Positions 1 to 9,104 of a stretch of 64,000 nt of DNA are shown here, one piece after another. Source of the DNA: an uncultured Pseudomonadota bacterium (lineage in GTDB: Bacteria; Pseudomonadota; Gammaproteobacteria; CAJXQU01); assembly GCA_913058255.1 (NCBI GenBank), contig CAJXQU010000008.1:32479-96478 (forward strand), read 5' to 3'. Below the pieces are notes generated by a model. That model was not told where the DNA came from. It saw only the letters and a list, made by a program, of their open reading frames with translations, and did not search any database. The stretch's first letter is position 1. Each line of letters begins with the position of its first letter. A program made the translations under genes and the position numbers.

Positions 1-4
1 TAAA

Positions 5-1522
5 TTACAATAACACGACGTCATATTGTTCAGGCACGTACATCGGTTCAGCCTGAAATGTGATCGGTATTTTGATAAAAGCTTCCAATTCTGCAACCTC
101 GTCAGAATCAGTATCGAGTAGGCGATCAACCACATCTTGCGTTGCGACCACTAATAATTTCCGTGCTTCAAACTGCCTTGCTTCACGCAAGATCTCTCGA
201 AAAATCTCATAACAGATCGTTTCAACAGTTTTAATTGAACCACTACCTTTACAAATTGGACATGGTTCACACAATATGTGTTCCAAACTTTCCCGCGTTC
301 TTTTTCGCGTGATCTGAACAAGCCCTAAAGATGTAATCTCACTAATACCAACCTTTGAGTGATCGTGAGATAAGCTTTTTTCTAACGCGCGTAACACTTG
401 TCGTTGGTGATCAACATTACTCATATCGATGAAATCAACAATAATTATTCCACCAAGATTACGTAACCGTAATTGCCGAGAAAGCGCCTGTGAAGCTTCT
501 AAATTAGTCTTAAAGATAGTCTCTTCTAGATTACGATTACCGACAAAAGTTCCCGTATTTACATCGATCGTCGTCATTGCTTCTGTTTGATCGATGACTA
601 AATGTCCTCCCGACTTAAGCGACACCTTACGTTCTAAAGCTTTCTGAATTTCATCCTCAGCAGCATATAAATCCAAGATTGGGTGCTCGCCAAGATAATG
701 TCTCAGTTTGGGGATCAAGCCAGGAATAAATTCTTTGGTAAATGCAACTACATTGTCGTAGGTTTCTTTGGAATCAATACGGATCTTCTCAACACAATTT
801 TCATCCAAAGAACGAAACATTCGTAATAGCATAGGAAGATCTTTATGAATGACACAAGGTGCTTTTGCTTTCTTAGCTTTGGCAGAAATTGAGCGCCATA
901 GATGCTTCAAAAACTTCATGTCAGTCATTAGTTCTTGATCAGAAATACCCTCTCCTGCTGTTCGCAGAATAAACCCATAAGTTTGAGTGCCTTGGTTTTT
1001 CTCTTCAGAAGTAGCAGATTCTTCAATTGACTGCTTACAAGACATAATGAGGTTTTTCAGACGCTCTCTTTCCGCACTATTCTCAATGCGCTGTGAAATG
1101 CCGACAGTATCTTCACCAGGCATCATAACCAAAAATCGAGAGGGTATACTGAGGTGGGTAGTAAGCCGAGCGCCTTTGCTCCCCAAAGGATCTTTAGTTA
1201 CTTGAACTAAAACCTCTTGGCCTTCTTTTAAGAGTTGTTCGATCGTTCTCTCTGTTGGAGCACTTTCATCATCCGTTTTATTGTTTCCATTTTTATTACT
1301 GACAATATCGAAAAGATGCAAAAATGCTGTTCTTTCTATACCTATATCAATAAAGGCTGCCTGCATACCCGGTAATACGCGAGACACGGTGCCAAGATAA
1401 ATGTTTCCAACGAGTCCCCTTTTGGAGGTTCTTTCTACAATAAATTCTTGTAATACGCCATTTTCAACGACTGCAACACGTGTCTCCTGTGGAGTCCTAT
1501 TTACTAGAATTTCTTCGCTCAT
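5..1522 (-). CDS. rng: Ribonuclease G (RNase E/G family)
   Basis: 505-aa ORF. S1-domain region GNIYLGTVSRVLPGMQAAFIDIG, core LKSGGHLVIDQTEAMTTIDVNTG, DFIDM and Zn-link CEPCPICKGSG. Collinear with E. coli RNase G over its whole length. Confidence 0.93.
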   Translation of the reverse strand: MSEEILVNRTPQETRVAVVENGVLQEFIVERTSKRGLVGNIYLGTVSRVLPGMQAAFIDIGIERTAFLHLFDIVSNKNGNNKTDDESAPTERTIEQLLKEGQEVLVQVTKDPLGSKGARLTTHLSIPSRFLVMMPGEDTVGISQRIENSAERERLKNLIMSCKQSIEESATSEEKNQGTQTYGFILRTAGEGISDQELMTDMKFLKHLWRSISAKAKKAKAPCVIHKDLPMLLRMFRSLDENCVEKIRIDSKETYDNVVAFTKEFIPGLIPKLRHYLGEHPILDLYAAEDEIQKALERKVSLKSGGHLVIDQTEAMTTIDVNTGTFVGNRNLEETIFKTNLEASQALSRQLRLRNLGGIIIVDFIDMSNVDHQRQVLRALEKSLSHDHSKVGISEITSLGLVQITRKRTRESLEHILCEPCPICKGSGSIKTVETICYEIFREILREARQFEARKLLVVATQDVVDRLLDTDSDEVAELEAFIKIPITFQAEPMYVPEQYDVVLL

Positions 1523-1802
1523 GAGTATAGTTTCGCCTATCTATAATGAAAGTTCGTAACAACAAAGTGTTTTTGGTTAAACTCAAATCAATAGCTTTAA
1601 TCAAAATCTATGAAGGATTAAATGATCAAACTGACATTCTATATGATAGTTTGACTAAATAAGCTAAATCACTCGATAATTTACGAATTTAAGCAATTCT
1701 TAGTGAGTAAAATTAGATAAATACATCTCATCTGTTGAAATTTCATCCAAACTTGGATTTCAGGTGTATATTATCTGTGCGTAAATCAATTAAAGATAGG
1801 CA

Positions 1803-3272
1803 GTGCATATTATGGATCGCGATAAATATTTTTTTAACGCATGTCGGAAAATTCTGCCCAATCAGGGCTCTGTCATCACCAACGAAGAGTCAATGCGTCC
1901 TTATGAATGTGATGGTCTGTTTGCTGATCGCACACTACCAAAAATCGTTTTACTGCCCGAAAATGCCGATCAAGTGCAAGCTTTGTTACGTGTTTGTTTC
2001 GAGCATAAAGTCCCCGTCGTTGCGCGTGGAGCAGGTACCGGCTTGTCAGGTGGAGCTAGACCTAATGCCGATGCCGCCTTGTTAAGCTTGGCCAAATTTA
2101 CTCGCGTTCTTGGAATCGATCCGATCAATCGCACAGCAAAGGTCCAGTCTGGTGTCAGAAACATCGTTATCTCACAAGAAGCGGCAGAATATGGTTTATT
2201 CTATGCTCCCGATCCATCGTCGCAGATAGCTTGTACCATAGGTGGTAACGTTGCCGAAAATTCAGGTGGCGTGCATTGCCTTAAGTACGGCCTAACAGTA
2301 CACAATATTTTATCGGTCACTATGCTGACGATAGAGGGCGAATATTTAGAAATCGGTAACGAATGTCTGGATTCACCTGGCTTCGATCTCTTGGCGCTGA
2401 CGACCGGTTCTGAAGGCCTTCTAGGTATTATTCTTGATGTCACAGTTAAGCTATTACCGGTTCCAGAGTTCATGCAAGTCATCATGTCATCTTTTGACGA
2501 CATCGAAAATGCGGGTGCTGCTGTCGCAGCAGTTATCGCAAAAGGCATTATTCCAGCGGGCCTAGAAATGATGGATAAACTAACGATCAAAGCCGCTGAA
2601 GACTTCATTCATGCAGGCTATCCTGTCGATGCAGAAGCGACTCTTCTATGCGAGCTAGATGGAACCGCAGAAGAAGTTGCAGCACAGATAGAAAGAGTGA
2701 CAGCGATCATGAACGAAAATGGGGCTATTGAATCACGCGTTGCAAAAGATGATGCTGAGCGCGAAATGTTTTGGGCCGGACGCAAAGCCGCTTTTCCAGC
2801 CGTGGGCCGTTTAGCACCCGATTATTATTGTGTCGATGGCACCATTCCGAGAAAACACTTAGCTTCAGTACTCCAACGAATTAATGAGATAGCGACTGAG
2901 CATGGTTTGATGGTTGCAAATGTTTTCCATGCTGGTGATGGCAACCTACACCCTCTCATTCTCTATGACGCAAACAAACCGGGGGATCTCGAACACGCTG
3001 AAGCCGTTGGTATAGAAATATTAGAACATTGTGTTGAAGTCGGTGGAACCATCACTGGAGAACACGGTGTGGGAACTGAAAAATTAAAACCAATGTGCAT
3101 GCAGTTTACGGCACCCGAACTTAAACAATTTCATGCGATCAAGGCCGCCTTTGATGAGGAGGGCTTGTTGAATCCTGGTAAAGCAGTTCCAACCTTGCAA
3201 CGCTGTGCTGAATTAGGAGCCATGCATGTTCATCATGGTGAGGTTCCTTTCCCCCAGCTGGAAAGGTTTTAA
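1803..3272 (+). CDS. glcD: Glycolate oxidase FAD-binding subunit GlcD (FAD-linked oxidase)
   Basis: 489 aa. Near-collinear with E. coli GlcD, including PYECDGL, RGAGTGLSGGA, APDPSSQIACTIGGNVAENSGGVHCLKYGLTVHN and C-terminal CAELGAMHVHHGEVPFPQLERF. The true start may be the ATG at 1812. Confidence 0.9.
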   Translation: MHIMDRDKYFFNACRKILPNQGSVITNEESMRPYECDGLFADRTLPKIVLLPENADQVQALLRVCFEHKVPVVARGAGTGLSGGARPNADAALLSLAKFTRVLGIDPINRTAKVQSGVRNIVISQEAAEYGLFYAPDPSSQIACTIGGNVAENSGGVHCLKYGLTVHNILSVTMLTIEGEYLEIGNECLDSPGFDLLALTTGSEGLLGIILDVTVKLLPVPEFMQVIMSSFDDIENAGAAVAAVIAKGIIPAGLEMMDKLTIKAAEDFIHAGYPVDAEATLLCELDGTAEEVAAQIERVTAIMNENGAIESRVAKDDAEREMFWAGRKAAFPAVGRLAPDYYCVDGTIPRKHLASVLQRINEIATEHGLMVANVFHAGDGNLHPLILYDANKPGDLEHAEAVGIEILEHCVEVGGTITGEHGVGTEKLKPMCMQFTAPELKQFHAIKAAFDEEGLLNPGKAVPTLQRCAELGAMHVHHGEVPFPQLERF

Positions 3273-3724
3273 TGTCGAGTTCTTTAAATAAGAAAATAAA
3301 AAACATAATTGAGACGGTTGACTCTATTCTCGTTATCGGTGATGAAATTGATCTCCAACAGAATAATAAAAACAGTACTCACCTCCACGTAACTTCAAGT
3401 GAAGCTTTTCATATTGATGGCCAATATGATCTGGTGCTATTCAATAATATTTTGTCTAAAATAAATGACGAAAAAGCAAAACAACTAATCGCGCTAATGC
3501 GTGATCAACACAGCAAACAATTACTCATGCTCCAATCAGAAACATCAAACTGGAAAACCAGTGATTTTGTTCAAATGGGTATGCGTCAAATTGTAAAGTT
3601 TGACTCTGTGACCAAGACGCCAGACATCTGGTACTTTTCTCTACAAACTTATAAACAAGTTCCTGCCTGGTTAAATAATCGTTTTTGGGCTAATCCAGAG
3701 TTATTTGACAAATACCGATGGTGA
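3272..3724 (+). CDS. Hypothetical protein (150 aa), translationally coupled to glcD
   Basis: Its ATG overlaps the glcD stop (TAATG). No motif I recognise. It occupies the position where glcE would normally follow glcD but bears no resemblance to GlcE. Confidence 0.45.
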   Translation: MSSSLNKKIKNIIETVDSILVIGDEIDLQQNNKNSTHLHVTSSEAFHIDGQYDLVLFNNILSKINDEKAKQLIALMRDQHSKQLLMLQSETSNWKTSDFVQMGMRQIVKFDSVTKTPDIWYFSLQTYKQVPAWLNNRFWANPELFDKYRW

Positions 3725-3850
3725 TTTTCACCTACCAAGCTAGTTTCCATTAGAGAGATATCACAACTAGAACAGGCGAACTATTCTTAATCTGTAATTT
3801 TAGTTAGACGGCACTTTACAGTGCTTCAAACTCAAAATTTTTATAAAGGA

Positions 3851-3887
3851 AAATTCCACTTCGAAATGCATCATTAGAATTGGTAGA
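3851..3887. repeat. Terminal inverted repeat (left copy) of an IS30-family element
   Basis: aaattccacttcgaaatgcatcattagaattggtaga is the reverse complement, with 3 mismatches in about 36 nt, of 5918-5953. Confidence 0.65.
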
Positions 3888-4000
3888 CCCACATTTTAAG
3901 TGCAACTTTCAACTTGTATTCACCATGAGCTCAGTTTTAGTAATCTAATCTATTGGAGCTAGAACCCAGAAATTATTTCATGAGGGAAGATAAACATTAA

Positions 4001-4321
4001 TTACATATTTTTCTTCCCCCAGGATTTCATGCTTTCTATAATGGGTAAAATTGATCTACCCTTAGAGGTAATTGAGTACTCAACGCGTGGTGGAATTTCC
4101 GCATAGATTTTTCTATCCAAAATACCGTCTTTTTCAAGTTCACGAAGCTGGGTCGTCAGCATTTGTTTACTAATGCCCTGGATACCTCGTTGGAGTATTC
4201 CAAACCTGTTCACACCGGTTGAAATCAGATAAACAATGACTGTTTTCCATTTACCACCAATGATGCTCATACAATAACTGACGGGGCATTTAACTTGATT
4301 CATAAATTTATAATTTCCCAT
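4001..4321 (-). CDS. HxlR-family winged-helix transcriptional regulator
   Basis: 106 aa. Typical HxlR layout: CPVSYCMSIIGGKWK...ILQRGIQGISKQMLTTQLRELEKDGILDRKIY..PPRVEYSITSKG. Divergent from an oxidoreductase gene, which is the usual pairing. Confidence 0.85.
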   Translation of the reverse strand: MGNYKFMNQVKCPVSYCMSIIGGKWKTVIVYLISTGVNRFGILQRGIQGISKQMLTTQLRELEKDGILDRKIYAEIPPRVEYSITSKGRSILPIIESMKSWGKKNM

Positions 4322-4453
4322 AACTTATTGATTATATTAAAAGGTCTTAAAATTAAGACTATACAACTAAAACATTACTACTTGTTTATTTTAGACTTGA
4401 AAGCGTAATATACACAAGTCAAATTTTTCTATAAAAAATAAGAGGATGTATCA

Positions 4454-5467
4454 ATGCAAGCATATCAAGTTTTTTCCGCAAAAGGTTTTGAGGATATACG
4501 AAAGATAGAAATCCCCCAGCCACAATTAGCTTCAGATGAAATATTAGTTCAGATGAGGGCTTGTTCCCTTAATTATCGAGATTTATTGATACCACAAGGT
4601 GGTTATCTCCGAAATGACAATAGGCCTATTATTCCATTGTCTGACGGTGCAGGGAAGATCGTTAAGGTTGGAGGCTCAGTTAAAAGCTTTAAAATAGGTG
4701 ACCGGGTTGTCGGTAATTTTTTTCAAGATTGGGTAGAAGGCTTAGTCGATGAGAAGGGATTACAGACCGCATTAGGTGGAGGAATAAATGGCACTCTGGC
4801 TGAATGTTTTGTTTTAAAAGCGCAAGGTGCTGTTCGTATTCCAGATCAATTATCTTATGAAGAAGCGGCTACTTTGCCCTGCGCTGCGGTTACAGCATGG
4901 CACGGTTTGGTGCCACTAGGGAACATTCAAAAAGGAGAGACTATTTTAACACAAGGTACGGGAGGGGTTTCAATTTTTGGTTTGCAATTGGCCAAAGCAT
5001 TAGGGGCGAATGTCATAATTACTTCTTCCAGTGATGAAAAGTTACAGTTAGCAAAAAAACTGGGGGCGGATCACACAATTAATTATGTTAAAACGCCTAA
5101 TTGGGATCAGGAGGTGCTTAAAATTACCGATGGTAAAGGAGTTGATCTTTTACTTGAACTAGGTGGTGAAAAAACTTTCGAAAAATCAATCAATGCAACC
5201 AAGGTAAATGGTTCAATATCAATAATCGGAATTCTTTCAGGTTTTGATATTCCTATCAATCTAACGGCTGCTTTAAATGTCCTTCGCCTCAACGGAGTTC
5301 ATGTTGGCAGTGTAGAAATGTTTAATGCCATGAATCAGGTTATTGTAGAGAATAATATTAAACCTGTTATAGATAAAGTTTTTGATTTTAATGACGTACT
5401 CGATGCTTATCGATACCTTGAAGCGGCTGAGCATTTCGGCAAGATCGTTATTAGCAAAGAGCCTTAA
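4454..5467 (+). CDS. Zinc-type alcohol dehydrogenase / NADPH:quinone oxidoreductase family (MDR) protein
   Basis: 337 aa. MDR fold with Rossmann motif ILTQGTGGVSIFGLQLAKALGA and C-terminal GKIVI. Confidence 0.85.
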   Translation: MQAYQVFSAKGFEDIRKIEIPQPQLASDEILVQMRACSLNYRDLLIPQGGYLRNDNRPIIPLSDGAGKIVKVGGSVKSFKIGDRVVGNFFQDWVEGLVDEKGLQTALGGGINGTLAECFVLKAQGAVRIPDQLSYEEAATLPCAAVTAWHGLVPLGNIQKGETILTQGTGGVSIFGLQLAKALGANVIITSSSDEKLQLAKKLGADHTINYVKTPNWDQEVLKITDGKGVDLLLELGGEKTFEKSINATKVNGSISIIGILSGFDIPINLTAALNVLRLNGVHVGSVEMFNAMNQVIVENNIKPVIDKVFDFNDVLDAYRYLEAAEHFGKIVISKEP

Positions 5468-5684
5468 TATAACCGTCTTGCTTTATCACTTGATGTTCCG
5501 ATGTAGTATCGTCGAGTCGTGATTGATGAGTCAGTTGATGACGAGCTTCGAAAAATTAGAGGTAGCTCACAGTGTCTCTATATTGTTCTGTTTTGGAGCT
5601 AGTAGAGGGTGTGATAGCGCGGCTTCGACGGTGAGCAGGACCTCTTCTGTGATTAGTGGGGGCCTCTTTGTGAGTGGGAAAAGG

Positions 5685-5892
5685 TGTTTTTTTGAACCGT
5701 ATAAATCCTATCAAAAAGGAAGTATTGAGAATGGCAATAGGCTAAACTTCAAAAAAAACACAAATAGATAACTATGATCAAAAAGAAATTGACCTTATCG
5801 TCAAAAATATCAATCATAAACCTATGAAGTGTTTGGGTTTTAAATCACCTAACGAGGTGTTCTTCGAAGCCTTTAGTTTCAATCCTATTTAA
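5685..5892 (+). pseudogene. IS30-family transposase, C-terminal remnant (frameshifted)
   Basis: FFEPYKSYQKGSIENGNRL matches the IS30 motif YF..PY.PWQRG.NENTNGL. After a stop and frameshift, YDQKEIDLIVKNINHKPMKCLGFKSPNEVFFEAF matches LN.RPRK.LGF.TP.EVF. It ends 26 nt before the right inverted repeat. Confidence 0.7.
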
Positions 5893-5917
5893 AACTAAGT
5901 TGCAATTTAATATTGAA

Positions 5918-5953
5918 TCTACCAATTCTAATGGTGCACTTCGAAGTGGAATT
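5918..5953. repeat. Terminal inverted repeat (right copy) of the IS30-family element
   Basis: tctaccaattctaatggtgcacttcgaagtggaatt is the reverse complement of 3851-3887. It lies directly after the transposase remnant, as expected for IRR. Confidence 0.65.
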
Positions 5954-5960
5954 CGCCAAA

Positions 5961-6000
5961 CAAAAAAACTCGACTAGCATGCATTAACTTCTAGCCGAGT
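5961..6000 (-). terminator. Rho-independent terminator of aceEF-lpdA
   Basis: The minus strand reads ACTCGGCTAG-(13 nt)-CTAGTCGAGT followed by TTTTTTT, about 30 nt after the lpdA stop. Confidence 0.65.
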
Positions 6001-6031
6001 TTTAATATTTAGTACTTTATTTTTTAAAAAA

Positions 6032-7453
6032 TTACTTTTTCACAAACAGATCAGTAATCGTTCCATCAATCATCTCAGCTGCAAAACCTAATGTTTCTGA
6101 TAACGTCGGATGAGCATGTACCGATAAACCAATATCTTCGGCATCCGCGCCCATTTCTAGGGCTAACACAGCTTCCGCGATCAACTCCCCCGCGTTCGTG
6201 CCCACAATGCCTGCCCCAATTACACGTCCCGTCTTCTTGTCGCAGAGTAATTTCGTCAAGCCTTCATTACGACCAATACTCAGCGAACGGCCACTAGCGG
6301 CCCAAGGAAAAGCACCTTTCTCATACTCGACACCTTCTGCCTTAGCCTCCGTTTCCGTTATCCCCATCCATGCAATTTCCGGATCGGTATAGGCCACCGA
6401 GGGGATCGTCATCGCATCGAACGCGCTCTTCAAACCACTAATAACTTCCGCCGCCACCTTGCCTTCATGCACGGCTTTGTGTGCCAGCATTGGGTTACCA
6501 ACGATGTCGCCTATCGCAAAAATATTCGGAACATTGGTACGTTGTTGTTTATCAACATGAATAAAACCACGCTCATCGACACTAACCCCCGCCGCTTCTG
6601 CGTTGATCAATTTACCGTTTGGTTGACGCCCAACCGCCACTAAGACGCGGTCGAATACCTCGCTATCTGGTGCATCTTTGCCTTCAAATGAAACCTTCAA
6701 ACCTTTCTTCTGAGCGTCTATCGCCGTAACACGCGTCGATACGTAGATATTGTCATACTGCTTCTTGATGCGATTATGTAAAGGTCGAACCAAGTCTTTA
6801 TCACAACCCGGAATTAGTTGATCTTGCAGTTCAACAATACTAATTTTTGAGCCCAGTGCATGATAAACCGTGGCCATTTCAAGACCAATAATTCCGCCTC
6901 CGACCACTAATAATTTTTTAGGAATATCTTCAAGTGCTAATGCACCGGTGGAATCCAACAAGCGTGGATCATCATTTGGAAATACAGGGATTTTAACCGG
7001 TTGAGAGCCCGCCGCGATGACCGCATGATTAAAGTTGATTAACTTTTGTTCATCACCATTCTTCACTTCTAATTGTGTGCTAGAAACAAACTGCCCTGTT
7101 CCTTCAACAATCGTCACTTTGCGTTGTTTAGCCAGACCTGCAAGGCCTTTTGTCAGGTTATTGGTAACACCTGATTTCCAATCGCGCATCGTATCCAAAT
7201 CAAGTTTTGGTTTCCCAAAGCTTACACCATGATCGCTCACCGCTTCAGCTTCGTGGATAATTTGTGCCATGTGTAACAAGGCTTTTGAGGGAATACAACC
7301 AACGTTTAAACACACGCCGCCCAAGACAGGATAGCGTTCGACAAGCGTGACTTTCAACCCTAAATCTGCAGCTCTAAATGCCGCCGTATACCCGCCCGGG
7401 CCACCACCAAGAACCAGCACGTCGGTTTCCATTGTTTCTGTTGCTTTGCTCAT
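6032..7453 (-). CDS. lpdA: Dihydrolipoyl dehydrogenase (E3)
   Basis: 473 aa. FAD motif GGGPGGYTAA, redox disulfide GGVCLNVGCIPSK and C-terminal HAHPTLSE. Last gene of the aceE-aceF-lpdA cluster. Confidence 0.93.
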   Translation of the reverse strand: MSKATETMETDVLVLGGGPGGYTAAFRAADLGLKVTLVERYPVLGGVCLNVGCIPSKALLHMAQIIHEAEAVSDHGVSFGKPKLDLDTMRDWKSGVTNNLTKGLAGLAKQRKVTIVEGTGQFVSSTQLEVKNGDEQKLINFNHAVIAAGSQPVKIPVFPNDDPRLLDSTGALALEDIPKKLLVVGGGIIGLEMATVYHALGSKISIVELQDQLIPGCDKDLVRPLHNRIKKQYDNIYVSTRVTAIDAQKKGLKVSFEGKDAPDSEVFDRVLVAVGRQPNGKLINAEAAGVSVDERGFIHVDKQQRTNVPNIFAIGDIVGNPMLAHKAVHEGKVAAEVISGLKSAFDAMTIPSVAYTDPEIAWMGITETEAKAEGVEYEKGAFPWAASGRSLSIGRNEGLTKLLCDKKTGRVIGAGIVGTNAGELIAEAVLALEMGADAEDIGLSVHAHPTLSETLGFAAEMIDGTITDLFVKK

Positions 7454-7469
7454 TGTCTATGTCCTGTGT

Positions 7470-9092
7470 TCAGAGTAATTGTTGGCGAATATCACTTAAC
7501 AGTGCGATAACTTTACACATGAACCGTGCTCCATCAGCACCATCAATAACCCGATGATCATAGGTCAAGTCCAGTGGCATCATCAAACGAGGAACAAACT
7601 CAGTACCATTCCAAACCGGCTGCATAGATGAACGTGTGACGCCTAAAATAGCTACTTCAGGCGCATTCACAATCGGAGTAAATGCTTTACCTCCAATTCC
7701 GCCTAAACTGGAAATGGTCATACAACCACCCTGCATATCTTTCGGTTTCAACTTACCATCACGCGCCGTGACGCTTATCTCAGCCAGTTCTTTTGACAGT
7801 GTTAATAAACTCTTTTGATCAACATCGCGGATGACAGGAACGACCAATCCATTTGGTGTATCTACCGCAATACCAATATTGAAATATTTTTTCAAATATA
7901 AGGTTTTGCCGTCCGGTGATAACGATGAATTAAATTGTGGGTATGCCTTCAATGCGCCCGCTAATGCTTTTATGATGAACACTAACCCGGTCACTTTCAC
8001 TTCCGTCTGTAATGATTTGCGGAAAGCTTCTAACTCTGTGACATCGGCTTCGTCATGGTGTGTAACCATCGGCAGGTTCAACCAGTTACGGCTGAGAAAT
8101 TCGCCGGTCAACTGTTTAATCTTGTTCAATGATTGCTCTTCGATCTCGCCGAACTTAGAAAAGTCCACCGCAGGAATAACCGGAATACCAGAACCGGAAC
8201 CCATCTCTCCCGATGCCATAGCCTGCATCGTTTGCTTAACAAAGCCCTTAACGTCGTCTTTTAAGATCCGGCCTTTACGACCTTTGCCTGCTGGTAATAA
8301 TGACAGATCAACACCGAGTTCGCGTGCAAGTTTTCGAACAGAGGGGGTCGCGTGTAGCCCGTCTTTTGTTTTACCACTGACGATTGGGCTTGTTGTCGAT
8401 ACAGCGGCAGGCGCTGCTTTGTCACCTGTTTCCGCAGGCGGTGTCGAAACAACAGCAGGCTGACTCTTAGCAACAGGAGCCACTTCTGCTGCTCCGTTAG
8501 CTTCAACCTGAACTTCAGCAATCACGTCACCTTGCGACACTTGGTCACCAACAGAGACTAATATTTTACCGAGCGTCCCCGCGACTTCAGACGGGATTTC
8601 CATACTGGCTTTGTCACTTTCTAATACGACGACTGTTTGATCAATTTCGACCTTATCGCCTGCTTTCATTGAAATTTCGATCAACTCGACGGCATCAAAA
8701 TCACCAATGTCAGGTACCGTGATCAATACAGTTGTTGGCGCACCCGATGGAGCAGCTGCTGCGACTTCATTTTGTACCTCGACAACCACTTCACTAGCTT
8801 GCGGCGCTTCTGGTTCAGCAACAACATCGACTACGACCGCCGTATCCCCTGCGCTGACTTCAAGCTGTATGAACGCAGTCCCTTGCGCTAGTTGATCACC
8901 AACGCTAACCATAATTTGTTTTACGGTGCCCGCCGCTTCGGCAGGAATATCCATACTGGCTTTGTCGCTTTCGAGGACGATCAGTGTTTGATCCAATTCG
9001 ACAACATCACCCACATTGACTGCGATTTCTATCAGCTCAACCGCATCAAAATCGCCAATGTCAGGTACTTTTACTTCGATTATTTGACTCAT
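7470..9092 (-). CDS. aceF: Pyruvate dehydrogenase E2, dihydrolipoamide acetyltransferase (two lipoyl domains)
   Basis: 540 aa. Two tandem lipoyl domains (VPDIGDFDAVELIEI...LESDKASM, present twice), an Ala/Pro linker, an E3-binding segment and catalytic DHRVIDGA. Confidence 0.93.
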   Translation of the reverse strand: MSQIIEVKVPDIGDFDAVELIEIAVNVGDVVELDQTLIVLESDKASMDIPAEAAGTVKQIMVSVGDQLAQGTAFIQLEVSAGDTAVVVDVVAEPEAPQASEVVVEVQNEVAAAAPSGAPTTVLITVPDIGDFDAVELIEISMKAGDKVEIDQTVVVLESDKASMEIPSEVAGTLGKILVSVGDQVSQGDVIAEVQVEANGAAEVAPVAKSQPAVVSTPPAETGDKAAPAAVSTTSPIVSGKTKDGLHATPSVRKLARELGVDLSLLPAGKGRKGRILKDDVKGFVKQTMQAMASGEMGSGSGIPVIPAVDFSKFGEIEEQSLNKIKQLTGEFLSRNWLNLPMVTHHDEADVTELEAFRKSLQTEVKVTGLVFIIKALAGALKAYPQFNSSLSPDGKTLYLKKYFNIGIAVDTPNGLVVPVIRDVDQKSLLTLSKELAEISVTARDGKLKPKDMQGGCMTISSLGGIGGKAFTPIVNAPEVAILGVTRSSMQPVWNGTEFVPRLMMPLDLTYDHRVIDGADGARFMCKVIALLSDIRQQLL

Positions 9093-9104
9093 GTTAGTTC
9101 TCCC

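Noticed and set aside
5523-5771. 82-aa ORF offered by the ORF track
   Set aside because: Its C-terminal part is the frameshifted IS30 transposase relic (…YQKGSIENGNRL…) and the N-terminal part has no support. I treat it as pseudogene sequence, not a gene.
7831-8463. 210-aa plus-strand ORF, with similar ORFs at 8261-8521, 8707-8895 and 8892-9200
   Set aside because: They lie entirely antisense to or overlapping aceF, whose identity is unambiguous. Their composition is Ala/Thr/Ser-rich mirror-frame sequence typical of shadow ORFs.
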